Positions 22,090 through 32,358 are shown, counted from the first letter of the stretch. The stretch is 64,000 nucleotides of DNA from an uncultured virus (IMG/VR IMGVR_UViG_3300049489_000987) (IMGVR_UViG_3300049489_000987); one strand, 5' to 3'. Notes: a model not told the origin generated them from the letters alone. Numbers and translations are program-made.

Positions 22090-22907
22090 TTCATATTTTA
22101 ACTTTAAACTGGAATGCTAAAGATACAATTTTAGCATTAAAGAATTCATTAGAATTAGCATTTGCTAATATGAATTATACTTGGCATATAAAAGACAATG
22201 GATCTACAGATGGTTCTGTAGAAATGATGAAGAATTGGAAAGTCAATCTTATTGATTATAAGTCAAATAAAGATAATTATTCTCAAGGAATGAATTTCTT
22301 ATTTAAAGAAGCAAGCCCTAAAGATGATGATGTAGTAATTACATTAAATAATGATGTAGTTTTTACAGATCAAAAGTCTATTAAAAATATATTAAAGATT
22401 GTAGAAGATAAGTATGTTGGATTGGTTGGTTGTAAATTAAATTTTTTAAATACAAAACTAATACAACATGCGGGGGTTTTATTTCATCCTAGACTTAAAA
22501 CTCCTTATCATATAAACTCAGGAGATCAAGAAAAAGTTTATAATAGACAAAATAGGATTTTTCCAGCCGTTACTGGGGCGCTATCTGCATTAAAAGCATC
22601 GACATTTAGACAATTATATAAAAACACATCAGGAATGGTTGGTTTTAATGAAAATTTAAATTGGATGTTCGATGATATTGATATGTGCTTAAGAATAGGC
22701 AATCATTTAAACAAAAAAATAGTTATGTGTGGAGAATGTAATATTTTTCATGAAGAATCAAAATCTTTAAAGAAAAACCCAGTAAATAAACTATTTGGCT
22801 CACAAAGCACAAGATTGTTTTTAAATGAATGGTTCAAAGTTATAGAAGCGTACGATTGTAAAAAGTTTCTGGATCCAAAACACAATTTATACCTAGGTAA
22901 GAAATGA
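22086..22907 (+). CDS. GT2-family glycosyltransferase
   Basis: LNWN, DNGSTDGS, LNNDV, AVTGA, DDIDMCLR; GTG start overlapping upstream stop (GTGA). Confidence 0.8.
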   Translation: MIHILTLNWNAKDTILALKNSLELAFANMNYTWHIKDNGSTDGSVEMMKNWKVNLIDYKSNKDNYSQGMNFLFKEASPKDDDVVITLNNDVVFTDQKSIKNILKIVEDKYVGLVGCKLNFLNTKLIQHAGVLFHPRLKTPYHINSGDQEKVYNRQNRIFPAVTGALSALKASTFRQLYKNTSGMVGFNENLNWMFDDIDMCLRIGNHLNKKIVMCGECNIFHEESKSLKKNPVNKLFGSQSTRLFLNEWFKVIEAYDCKKFLDPKHNLYLGKK

Positions 22908-23872
22908 AACCAACAATTTTAATTACAGGCTCAACAGGATTTATATTTTCTAACTTTATCAGAAAAGCTATTTTCGATAAAATCGACTATAAATTAGTAT
23001 CAGTTGATAAAATTACAAATAAACAATTATTTGGAAATGTTTATTTCAATAAATCTCATGATTTTTCATTTGCTGACATTAATGATAGTCATGTATTAGA
23101 TTGTATATTTGATTTTCATAAACCAGATTATGTAATTCATGCAGCAGCAGAATCTAGCGTAGATCATTCTTTACACAATCCCAATGAGTTTATTAAAACA
23201 AATGTATTAGGAACTCAAAATGTAATTAATTCATCTATTAAATATGGAGTAAAAAAAGTACTTTATATGTCAACAGATGAAGTATATGGTCAGCTACAAC
23301 AAAATGATCAAAATACATTTAAAGAGACAGATGTTATAGCTCCAAGAAATCCTTATGCCGCTTCAAAAGCATGTGGAGAATTATTATTTCAATCTGCTCA
23401 AGCTTCATTTGGTTTAAATAACAATATTGTTAGATGTTGTAACAATATGGGTCCAAGACAAACTGTAGATAAATTAATACCAAAAACTATTAATAGTATT
23501 TTAAATAAAAAACCAATAGATATATATGGAGATGGATTATTTAGCAGGGAATGGATTCATACAGCTGATACATCATCAGCAATCTTAAAAGTATTAGAAG
23601 ATGGTGATGAAAACGAAGTGTATAATATTGGCACTGGAAATGAGATGTCGGTATTGGATATTGTTGGAAGAATTTGTAAGATTATGAATGAAGGGTATGA
23701 TTTAATAAATCATATTCCTTGCCCTAGGAAAACAGCGCATGATATAAGATATGCTGTAGATTCAAGTAAGATTAGAAAATTAGGCTGGGAACCAAAAGTT
23801 AAGTTTAATGATGCAATACAACAAACAGTTGATTGGTATATTAATAACAAGTGGTTCTTTAATTTAAGGTGA
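22904..23872 (+). CDS. rfbB: dTDP-glucose 4,6-dehydratase-like NDP-sugar dehydratase
   Basis: TGSTGFI, HAAAESSVD, STDEVYG, PYAASK, IYGDG..REWIH, HDIRYA. Confidence 0.85.
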   Translation: MKPTILITGSTGFIFSNFIRKAIFDKIDYKLVSVDKITNKQLFGNVYFNKSHDFSFADINDSHVLDCIFDFHKPDYVIHAAAESSVDHSLHNPNEFIKTNVLGTQNVINSSIKYGVKKVLYMSTDEVYGQLQQNDQNTFKETDVIAPRNPYAASKACGELLFQSAQASFGLNNNIVRCCNNMGPRQTVDKLIPKTINSILNKKPIDIYGDGLFSREWIHTADTSSAILKVLEDGDENEVYNIGTGNEMSVLDIVGRICKIMNEGYDLINHIPCPRKTAHDIRYAVDSSKIRKLGWEPKVKFNDAIQQTVDWYINNKWFFNLR

Positions 23873-23876
23873 GAAA

Positions 23877-25223
23877 ATGTCTGTAGAATCAAAAATTGAA
23901 ACTTTAGAAAATGAAAATATAATTGACAATTTGTCAGATCCTGAAAAAGGATTAAATGAAAATAAATTAGCAGCTTTAAAAGCAAAAATGCAAGCAAAAG
24001 AAAAGGAACAAAAAATGGGTTCAAAAATTATTGCAGAAAAAGAACGATCAATTAAATTAGGTGTTATTGGTTCAGGTCAAGCAGGTTCTCGTTTAGCAGA
24101 ATGCTATTTTAAACTTGGATACAATGCCATTGTTCTAAATACTGCAATGCAAGATTTGAAATCTATTGCTGTTCCTGATTCTAATAAATTATTAATGGAA
24201 TATGGTTTAGGTGGTGCAGCAAAGGAACTAGAAATAGGTCGTGGTGCCGCAGAATCGTATCGTAAAGAGATTTTAGAACTTGTACATGATAAACTATCTG
24301 ATTCACAAGTAAACGTTCTATGCCTTAGTTTAGGCGGTGGTTCTGGTGCAGGATCATGCGAACCATTAGTTGATGTTTTATCGGAAATTGGAAAGCCAAT
24401 TGTAGTAATGACAATTCTTCCTATGGATTCTGATGATGCTCAAACTAAAGCAAATGCATTAGAAACATTATCTAAATTATCACGATTAGCACAACAAAAG
24501 AAAATTTCTAATTTAATCGTTGTTGATAATGCTAAAATTGAAGCTATTTATCAAAATGTCTCTCAAATGAATTTCTTTGATGTAGCTAATAAAGCAATTG
24601 TTGATGTAATTGATATTTACAATACATTATCAATGCAAGAATCAACTGTCAAAGCATTAGATTCAGCTGAATGGGGCAAATTACTAATTGATGGTGAAGG
24701 CTTATCTGTTTATGGCGAATTAGAAGTAACTAATTATCAAGATGAGACAGCTATCGCTGAAGCAATTATAAGCAATCTTAATTCTAATATGTTGGCTTCA
24801 GGATTTGATCTTAAACAAGCAAGGTATGCTGGCGTAATGATTGTTGCTAATGAAAAAGTATGGAAAAATATTCCAGCAGCAGCAGTTAATTATGGCATGT
24901 CAATGATTCAAGACCATTGTGGAAATATTGGGTTATTTAAGGGTATTTACACAGTAGATGTGCCAAATGACTCTGTTAAGATTTATTCATTCTTCTCAGG
25001 GTTAGGATTACCTGAATCACGAGTTGAGCAATTGAAAAAAGAAGCTCAACAAAGGATGTTAGCTGTAAAAGAAAAGGATGAGCAAAGGAATCTTACTTTG
25101 AATCTAGATACAGGAGTAAATGAAACTGTATCTGCTGCTCAGAAGATTAAAGACAAGATTGCTATTAAGAACAGTTCATTTGGTAAGTTAATGAATCCAG
25201 GTGTTAGAGATAGACGCTCATAA
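23877..25223 (+). CDS. tubulin/FtsZ-family GTPase (phage tubulin-like)
   Basis: GSGQAGSRL, NTAMQDL, signature LGGGSGAG, VDN; charged/coiled-coil N- and C-terminal extensions. Confidence 0.85.
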   Translation: MSVESKIETLENENIIDNLSDPEKGLNENKLAALKAKMQAKEKEQKMGSKIIAEKERSIKLGVIGSGQAGSRLAECYFKLGYNAIVLNTAMQDLKSIAVPDSNKLLMEYGLGGAAKELEIGRGAAESYRKEILELVHDKLSDSQVNVLCLSLGGGSGAGSCEPLVDVLSEIGKPIVVMTILPMDSDDAQTKANALETLSKLSRLAQQKKISNLIVVDNAKIEAIYQNVSQMNFFDVANKAIVDVIDIYNTLSMQESTVKALDSAEWGKLLIDGEGLSVYGELEVTNYQDETAIAEAIISNLNSNMLASGFDLKQARYAGVMIVANEKVWKNIPAAAVNYGMSMIQDHCGNIGLFKGIYTVDVPNDSVKIYSFFSGLGLPESRVEQLKKEAQQRMLAVKEKDEQRNLTLNLDTGVNETVSAAQKIKDKIAIKNSSFGKLMNPGVRDRRS

Positions 25224-25243
25224 TACTTTAGGTTAATAAGAAA

Positions 25244-25281
25244 AACGCGAATGATAGTTAAAAATGGCTATCATTCGCGTT
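25244..25281. terminator. strong hairpin (probable terminator) after tubulin gene
   Basis: aacgcgaatgatag / ctatcattcgcgtt is a perfect 14-bp inverted repeat; only a weak T-tract follows. Confidence 0.6.
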
Positions 25282-25292
25282 ATATTATTTGA

Positions 25293-26789
25293 ATGGACTC
25301 AAAGGTTATCGTTTTACATAAGCAGTGTAAAGTTTTTGAAGAAGATATAGACTTTCTTTTAAAATTGAATAAACATTTATCTTTTACTGTACAAGGGGCA
25401 GAACATACACAGGCTTATAAAGGATATTTTAATGCTGGTGGTGATTTTGTAAGATGGGATGGAATGAAAAGGTTACTATCTGCAAATGGAACCTTTAGTT
25501 CAGGATTATTAGATAGAGTTCTTAAGTTTTATAAGAAAAATAAGAAACCACTAATAGTAGAAGATAGAAGAGAATATACAGAAATAAATAAAATAGAAAT
25601 AGAAGATAGATTAAAAGAATTAAATAAATTACCTAGAGATTATCAGATAAGAGCAGTAGAAGCTGCTTTAAAACATCCAATTGGAGTTTTAAAGATGTGT
25701 ACTGGAGCAGGTAAGACATTAGTAGCTGCATTAATTACAGCTGCTTATGGTAAAAAGACAATTATACATGTAATTGGAACTGAGTTATTATATCAGTTTC
25801 ATAAATTATTTGAAGATATCTTCCAAAGAGAGATAGGTATTGTTGGAGATGGCAATTGTGTAATTAAAGATATTACAATTGCTAGTATTTGGACAACATC
25901 TCAAGCATTAGGAATGAAAAAAAACATCTTCCTGTTAGAGGGAGATGATTCTGATGAAAAGGCTGTGCGAAGAGAAAAATATAATGATATTAAAATAATG
26001 TTAAAAGAAGCTAAATTACATATTCTTGATGAATGTCATATTTCAGCTGCCGAGACAATTGTGCAGATCCACAAAGCAATAAATCCTGAATACCTATATG
26101 GTATGTCAGGAACTCCTATTAGAGAAGATGGTCAAGATTTAATGATTGAGGCTTTTATTGGAAAGCCAATTGTTGATGTATCTGCCTCCGAGTTAATTGA
26201 TAAGAAATTCTTAGCTAAACCATTTATTAGATTCAAGCATGTTCCATATTATCCTGAGCCATTACAAAGAAATTATCAAACTGTATATAAAAAATACATA
26301 TTAGAAAATGAAGTAAGAAATAATATGATTATGAGATCAACTAAAGATTTAGTTGAAAAAGGATATCAGACATTAGTATTATTTACAAAGATAAAGCATG
26401 GAGAATTATTATTAAAACTATTTAGAGAGAATGGAATTGATTGTGAAATGTTAAATGGATCTGATAATCAAGAAATAAGAACAAATATAAAAAATAAATT
26501 ATTAAATAATGAATTAAAGTGTGTAATAGCTAGTAAGATTTTTGATATTGGAGTAGATATTCCTACTTTATCTGGATTAGTATTAGCAGGACCATCAAAA
26601 TCTGAAATTCTAGCTAAACAAAGAGTTGGCAGAGTAATTAGAATGAGCCCAGGAAAGACATATGCTGCTATTCAGGACTTTTATGATCACGCTCCATTTT
26701 TAGATAAGCATTCTAAGAGAAGATTTGATATTTATTCTTCTGAAAAAGGATTTGATGTCAAGATTCTGCAAGCTGATAAAATTTCCTAA
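25293..26789 (+). CDS. SF2 DExH helicase (UvsW-like)
   Basis: RDYQ, CTGAGKT, DECH, SGTP, GVDIP, QRVGRVIR. Confidence 0.85.
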   Translation: MDSKVIVLHKQCKVFEEDIDFLLKLNKHLSFTVQGAEHTQAYKGYFNAGGDFVRWDGMKRLLSANGTFSSGLLDRVLKFYKKNKKPLIVEDRREYTEINKIEIEDRLKELNKLPRDYQIRAVEAALKHPIGVLKMCTGAGKTLVAALITAAYGKKTIIHVIGTELLYQFHKLFEDIFQREIGIVGDGNCVIKDITIASIWTTSQALGMKKNIFLLEGDDSDEKAVRREKYNDIKIMLKEAKLHILDECHISAAETIVQIHKAINPEYLYGMSGTPIREDGQDLMIEAFIGKPIVDVSASELIDKKFLAKPFIRFKHVPYYPEPLQRNYQTVYKKYILENEVRNNMIMRSTKDLVEKGYQTLVLFTKIKHGELLLKLFRENGIDCEMLNGSDNQEIRTNIKNKLLNNELKCVIASKIFDIGVDIPTLSGLVLAGPSKSEILAKQRVGRVIRMSPGKTYAAIQDFYDHAPFLDKHSKRRFDIYSSEKGFDVKILQADKIS

Positions 26790-27243
26790 CAAAATCTCTT
26801 TGCTCTTGTGTTTCTGGACCCTTACAGTATTTTGATGTGTAGAATAAGGCATCATCAATATGCCAGCCATCTAAAATTCCAAGACAAGCTAATAGTAAAC
26901 CTGTTCTTCCATGACCGCCATAACAATGAACAAAGATATTTTGACCAACCTTAAGTAAATTGTAGATTCTTTTTACTTGATTACCAAAAGATTTAAGATC
27001 ATTTGGAATGGAAAAGTCATTAATAGGAAGATGAATTACTTTAAATTGTGTTTTTTCAATATTTACAATGTAATCATAATGATCTTCTAAGAGATTTATA
27101 ATTAAATTTACGTTTCTACTTTTAAGATCAGAAAATGTACTAGTAATTTCATCTTGGTTAGAGTACAACTTACCAGAGTAAACTGTTCCTAAAGTAGATA
27201 GCTTGAATTGTCCGTGAATACATGTCATGCTTGGAGCTAGCAT
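26758..27243 (-). CDS. dual-specificity / protein tyrosine phosphatase
   Basis: HCYGGHGRTG (CX5R loop), PINDFSIP, ETQEQ. Confidence 0.85.
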   Translation of the reverse strand: MLAPSMTCIHGQFKLSTLGTVYSGKLYSNQDEITSTFSDLKSRNVNLIINLLEDHYDYIVNIEKTQFKVIHLPINDFSIPNDLKSFGNQVKRIYNLLKVGQNIFVHCYGGHGRTGLLLACLGILDGWHIDDALFYTSKYCKGPETQEQRDFVRKFYQLAES

Positions 27244-27292
27244 AGCATGGATGGACTGGCTGAACTAGCACCTAATAATACGATATAATCAT

Positions 27293-28531
27293 ATGATTAA
27301 GCTTGGCTTTAAGGTTAATAGATTGTATGAATTATGCAAATTTGCTGGAGTTATTGATAACTTAGCAAAAAGAATATTGCATTCATTAGTTCCTATGATA
27401 TTAAATGAAAAAGATCCAGATACATTAAAAGCAAAATTTGAACAAGCAATGCCATATGTAATGCCTGGTGCAGAAGAAATGATTGAATTAGGGGAAAAGT
27501 TAATCCAAGATGAATATCTTCATGGCTGTATGTCCAAAGAAGCTAGAGAAAAGGTAAAAGCCTTAACAGGACAAGAATTATTTAATTTTGCCAAGAATGA
27601 TTTTACAAAATCTCATTTTGAAGAATTATTTGGTGGATATGGCTGGTCAAAATTCTCTGAACAATTATCCATTTTAAATATAGCTGTAAAAGATTATAAA
27701 ACAACCAAAAATATAGAATCAGCAAGAAAAATAATAATAGCATTAAATGTAATTGATGCTTTATCACATAATACTGGCAGTTTCTTACATAAGATGACTA
27801 GATTTCAAACTGAAAATGACCCTTATGAGAAACGAACAGAAAAAGAGCATGAATTATTAAGATTAATGGATATTAAGAATTTAAAAAACCCAACAGATAC
27901 ATATCATGAAGTAGATCCTTATACTAAAGATATGCAAAGAGGATTATACTTACATGAGGACAATCCAGGATTTAGTAAAAAACCGAGATCTTCTTCTGAA
28001 GAGTTATCAGATGAAATAGAAAAGATAAGAATTAAAAAACAAAGAGAAACAACTATACAGCAAGATATTAAACCTATAGTAAGAAAAATAAAAGATACTG
28101 AAGGAGATTTATCTTTATTACAAAATGGGCTTTTATTATCTATATTAAAAGTTAATCAATTATTTAAAAAAGATTTAAATAATATTTATGATAAGTTTGG
28201 TATTTCTAAATTTCCATCAATAACAAATGAAGATACTATATCAGCTGGGTTGTTTAAGAAAAGCTCATTGGCATATTTAGCTAATGAAATTGCAAATAAA
28301 ACAACATTTGAAAATACATTAAATGTAGTAATTTATCTTTCTATTTCAGAGAAAAAGATATTTTCATTTGAAAAAAGATACGGATATATTAAAGCTTTAT
28401 ATAATGAAATTAATCGTAAGCCTGAAAAGACAGTTACAATTAAAGCTGATGATTATTTAAATCATAATACTTTATCAAAAGATAACTTATTAGCATTTGC
28501 TCAAGAAATAGAAAATGCCTTGTTAGAATAA
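27293..28531 (+). CDS. hypothetical protein
   Basis: 412-aa ORF, helical. Confidence 0.6.
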   Translation: MIKLGFKVNRLYELCKFAGVIDNLAKRILHSLVPMILNEKDPDTLKAKFEQAMPYVMPGAEEMIELGEKLIQDEYLHGCMSKEAREKVKALTGQELFNFAKNDFTKSHFEELFGGYGWSKFSEQLSILNIAVKDYKTTKNIESARKIIIALNVIDALSHNTGSFLHKMTRFQTENDPYEKRTEKEHELLRLMDIKNLKNPTDTYHEVDPYTKDMQRGLYLHEDNPGFSKKPRSSSEELSDEIEKIRIKKQRETTIQQDIKPIVRKIKDTEGDLSLLQNGLLLSILKVNQLFKKDLNNIYDKFGISKFPSITNEDTISAGLFKKSSLAYLANEIANKTTFENTLNVVIYLSISEKKIFSFEKRYGYIKALYNEINRKPEKTVTIKADDYLNHNTLSKDNLLAFAQEIENALLE

Positions 28532-28545
28532 TCTAATATTATAAT

Positions 28546-28770
28546 ATGGGCGATAAATTTACAATTGATGAGGAAAGTACTATTCCATCAACCCCTGATT
28601 CTTTGCAACATAAAGAATTAGACGTATCTAAGTGTCCACCAAAATGCTATTTTTGTAAATCATTAATATCTAAAGGGTATTTATGGCGCAACCAAATGCT
28701 CTGTAAAGATTGCTATGACTTTTACTCAATGCTAGATCCAGTTGAATGTCTGCTTGATCATGTTCCATGA
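28546..28770 (+). CDS. small CxxC zinc-finger protein
   Basis: CYFC...CKDC. Confidence 0.5.
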   Translation: MGDKFTIDEESTIPSTPDSLQHKELDVSKCPPKCYFCKSLISKGYLWRNQMLCKDCYDFYSMLDPVECLLDHVP

Positions 28771-28803
28771 GCGTGATATATAGCCTCAGACAAGAGGTTA
28801 TGT

Positions 28804-29397
28804 ATGGATCTAAATTGCGGTGAATTCCTTGATGCTCCTAATGATCAATATAAGAAATTCTTTCTTAAATTCAAAGAAATAAAAGACCTTCCATTAGATA
28901 ATTGGAAGCCTGTTCATATTTTAGCTTATTTTTGCTCAAAATATAAACAACATTATAATCATGAATACAAATTCAAATTTAATAGCCCAAAACCAACTTC
29001 ATGCTTTGAAATTTTTCAAGTAAAAAAGCTTGCTCAGCTATTATCTGCTCATCCTAAAATCCTAAGAGATTATATTGATTGGGTCTTTCAAACAAGAGTA
29101 GTTGCTGCTAAAAGAAAACTTACTTCTATCTCGTTTCTAACTGTAGAAGCTTTAGTTTTTGATTATAAAACCATTTTATTTAATGGTCAGCCTCAAGACT
29201 CTTCAAAATTAGACAGATCAACAATATTATCACCAGAATTTGTGGATATTTTTAATAAAATTAATATTAACATTAAAACATTTGGTGATTTGGCATTTAT
29301 TTATCAAATACCTAATAAGACTCAAGTGATTCAAGAAGCATTTGATAAGTGCTATCAATTAGGATTAGAAAAAGATATTTTGGAGAAGATCAAATGA
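28804..29397 (+). CDS. hypothetical protein heading the replication operon
   Basis: 197 aa, GAGG RBS, upstream of loader and helicase genes. Confidence 0.6.
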   Translation: MDLNCGEFLDAPNDQYKKFFLKFKEIKDLPLDNWKPVHILAYFCSKYKQHYNHEYKFKFNSPKPTSCFEIFQVKKLAQLLSAHPKILRDYIDWVFQTRVVAAKRKLTSISFLTVEALVFDYKTILFNGQPQDSSKLDRSTILSPEFVDIFNKININIKTFGDLAFIYQIPNKTQVIQEAFDKCYQLGLEKDILEKIK

Positions 29398-29774
29398 TTG
29401 ATAATTTTATTGGATTAGAAGTTAAAGTTTTTCTTAAAAACTCTATTGTTGTACAAGGTACTTTAAAAGATACTCAAGAAGAAATTGTAATTGAAGATTC
29501 TACAGGTCTATTTTATATAGACAAAAAAGAATTGCTTCATTATAAGGTATTTCGTCCTCAAGAACTAATTCAGACTTTAGAAGAAAAACAGCAAGTTATA
29601 TCTGATCAAGTACAAGTCATAGCTACTGTAGCAAATCCTAATTTATCAAAATTAGCACAATTAAGAAAAGATCAGTCTGAAATTGATAAACAAATAATAC
29701 AAAAAAGGTCAGCACAAGCACCAGTTCCTAGAGGAGTAAAGTATGGAAACCAGTTTGACGTTCTCAAGAAGTAA
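29394..29774 (+). CDS. putative Sm/Hfq-like fold protein with coiled-coil tail
   Basis: Start at MIDNF (ATGA overlap, GGAG RBS); VKVFLKNSIVVQGTL resembles the Sm1 motif. Confidence 0.4.
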   Translation: MIDNFIGLEVKVFLKNSIVVQGTLKDTQEEIVIEDSTGLFYIDKKELLHYKVFRPQELIQTLEEKQQVISDQVQVIATVANPNLSKLAQLRKDQSEIDKQIIQKRSAQAPVPRGVKYGNQFDVLKK

Positions 29775-30441
29775 TGCCCTTAATAATATTCCTAATAAAA
29801 AATTATTAAGTGCTATTAATGATATAAATAACTCCTCTGATACAAATGAAATTAAATCGTTAAAAATAACGGCTATTAATAGGTATGCTGAGTCTAATAT
29901 TCCTGTTGAATATTGGAATTTATCAATGAAGAAATTCTTTGGAGATCCACAGCTATTAGAACATTTTAATAATTATGTTTTAGACCTTAAAAAGTCATAT
30001 ATTACAGGCAATTCTTTCTGCCTTGCAGGTGCTCACGGTTTGGGTAAGACTATGACCGCAGCTTGCATTTTAAAGCAAGCTTCTATTAAAGGTTATTCTT
30101 GCTTATATACAACTTTATCTGATATTGTTTCTATATTAACTACAGCTGATTCTGAAGATAAGTATAAAGCAAGAAAAGAATTGATTATGGTGGACTTTCT
30201 TGTTGTTGATGAATTGGATCCTAGATTCATGGCAACAGATTCAGCATCAGATTTATACGCAAGAACATTAGAAGGTGTATTTAGAACAAGAGCACAAAAT
30301 AAATTACCAATTATTATGTGTACTAATTCTCCTAATGTATTAGAAAGCTTTAATGGACAATTGAAACAGTCAATTTCTTCTTTGTTCAAAGGCTATATTA
30401 AAATTAATTATGTTTTTGGCGAAGATGCAAGAGGTAAGTAA
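29743..30441 (+). CDS. DnaC/IstB-like AAA+ helicase loader
   Basis: GAHGLGKT, FLVVDEL, R...KLPIIMCTN; adjacent to DnaB. Confidence 0.8.
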   Translation: METSLTFSRSNALNNIPNKKLLSAINDINNSSDTNEIKSLKITAINRYAESNIPVEYWNLSMKKFFGDPQLLEHFNNYVLDLKKSYITGNSFCLAGAHGLGKTMTAACILKQASIKGYSCLYTTLSDIVSILTTADSEDKYKARKELIMVDFLVVDELDPRFMATDSASDLYARTLEGVFRTRAQNKLPIIMCTNSPNVLESFNGQLKQSISSLFKGYIKINYVFGEDARGK

Positions 30442-31844
30442 TGTCTGATAATTTAGATCTTCAAGTTTTAAAAGGTATTCTTTCCGACAAAAGAAATGCC
30501 TTTGATTTTATTACATCATGTGATGAAAAAGTATTTTCTCCAGATTTATGGCAGTTCTCTAAAGCTATTTTAAGCTACATTAAAACGTTTAAAAATGTTC
30601 CCACCTTAGATGTCCTTACTTTAAGACTTCAAAAAGGTAATAATCAAACCCAAATAGAATATCTTAAAGATATATTCTTTCAATTAGATAATACAAATTA
30701 TAATGATAAAGAATATCACTATTATTATGAACAAATTAAAGTTAGATTTGCTAATCAACAAATTATTAAGCTAAAAGATACTTTAGCTAATGTTGACCCT
30801 TCTCAAATTGATGCAAAATCAACTATTAGTTCTTTACAAAAGGTTATTTCTGATGTAAAAGGTATTAATCAGGTAAAAGCATTTGAGTCTAAATCAATTA
30901 AAGATGCTATCCCTGAATTCGTTGAGACTTTTAATGGTAGAAAAGAAAATCCTGACTTCGATTCAGGAATTAAAACAGGATATAAGTTTTTTGATGAAGC
31001 AACAGGTGGTTTAAAGCCTGGAGAATTGATTTTAATAGGTGGTGAAACATCATCAGGTAAATCAATGCTTATGATGAATATGGCAATTAATATTTGGCGC
31101 CAAAATAATATAATAAAAGATACAAATTTTCAAAAAGGTTATAATATTTTATATTTTTCATTTGAAATGCCTTATAAACCATGTTTAGATCGTGTATTAT
31201 CAAATGTTGCAAACGTATCTTCTAAACGATTGAAAAAATCTAAATTAGAAGATGATGAAATGGACAAATTAAAGCAATCTTTAAAATTTATTAAGAAATA
31301 TCCTAATCAATTTCAAATAGTTGATGTTCCTAGAGGCGCAACTATGCAAACTGTTGAAAGAATATACGAAGAAACAAGACAGTTCTTTGAACCTGATGTA
31401 ATTGTTACAGATTATCTTGGTATTATGGATTGTGATGAAAAAGATAAATCAGATTGGGAAAAATTAAGTATTATCTCAGCTCAACATCATGAGTTTGCTA
31501 GAACTTATAATAAACCTGTAATATCTGCTGTACAATTAAATAGAGTAAAACCATCTAAAGATGCTGAAGAAAGAATTGGTACTCATAGAGTTGGTAGGTC
31601 TTCTTTAATTTTACATCATGCAAATATTGCGCTTCAAATTGAAACAAGACCTAATGAGAAAAACTTTCCTGATATGTATGTACATCTAATTAAAAATAGA
31701 GATGGCATGTTGACTAAGGGAAGATTAATGAAGAATTTTGCAAATTCAATTATAGAAGACGATACAGATTCATTAGAAGAGTTTCAAGATTTTGATTCGG
31801 AGGATTTGTCTTCTAAATTACAAAAATTAGAGTTGGATATATGA
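30441..31844 (+). CDS. dnaB: DnaB-like replicative helicase
   Basis: GIKTGY, GETSSGKS, FSFEM, DYL, QLNR, KNRDG. Confidence 0.9.
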   Translation: MSDNLDLQVLKGILSDKRNAFDFITSCDEKVFSPDLWQFSKAILSYIKTFKNVPTLDVLTLRLQKGNNQTQIEYLKDIFFQLDNTNYNDKEYHYYYEQIKVRFANQQIIKLKDTLANVDPSQIDAKSTISSLQKVISDVKGINQVKAFESKSIKDAIPEFVETFNGRKENPDFDSGIKTGYKFFDEATGGLKPGELILIGGETSSGKSMLMMNMAINIWRQNNIIKDTNFQKGYNILYFSFEMPYKPCLDRVLSNVANVSSKRLKKSKLEDDEMDKLKQSLKFIKKYPNQFQIVDVPRGATMQTVERIYEETRQFFEPDVIVTDYLGIMDCDEKDKSDWEKLSIISAQHHEFARTYNKPVISAVQLNRVKPSKDAEERIGTHRVGRSSLILHHANIALQIETRPNEKNFPDMYVHLIKNRDGMLTKGRLMKNFANSIIEDDTDSLEEFQDFDSEDLSSKLQKLELDI

Positions 31845-32017
31845 AACCAAATGAAAAAATCATAGCAGAAGCAATAAGAGTTGAGGTTGATGAATATTCT
31901 GGTGATATGTTCCTTGTTTTCAAGGTCAAGGATCAAAAATTAAAACAACAGATTATTTCTACATGGACTGATGATATAGAGTACAGACTAATAAACAAGA
32001 AATTGGTAAAGGATTGA
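31841..32017 (+). CDS. small hypothetical protein (58 aa, not in ORF track)
   Basis: MKPNEKIIAEAIRVEVDEYSGD...LVKD*; ATGA overlap with dnaB stop, fills the gap. Confidence 0.65.
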   Translation: MKPNEKIIAEAIRVEVDEYSGDMFLVFKVKDQKLKQQIISTWTDDIEYRLINKKLVKD

Positions 32018-32020
32018 ACA

Positions 32021-32338
32021 ATGGGTTACAAGTATTTTGACTTCAAGTGTTTTGAATGTGGCTATAAGTTTGATGAGTTAATTGGAACAAATGAAGCCGA
32101 TCCTACAATTTGTCCTGAATGCAAAGCAGAAGCAGTAAAAAGAATTCCTTCTATTGGGCATTGTAAAATGGAATTATCAGGTCAAGATTTAGTAGATTAT
32201 ACTAAACGAGATGCGCAAAGAATTAAACAAGAAGCTCATAAGAATGAGAATATCTACGCTAACCTTGTAGGTGAATCTAAATATAATGAAGTTGTAAAAG
32301 CTTCGGATAAAGCAAAAGCTGAGCGCGGAAAAAGGTGA
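32021..32338 (+). CDS. FmdB-like zinc-ribbon protein
   Basis: FDFKCFECGYKFD...CPEC...VKR. Confidence 0.7.
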   Translation: MGYKYFDFKCFECGYKFDELIGTNEADPTICPECKAEAVKRIPSIGHCKMELSGQDLVDYTKRDAQRIKQEAHKNENIYANLVGESKYNEVVKASDKAKAERGKR

Positions 32339-32358
32339 CGTACGCTAATTTTCTGATG

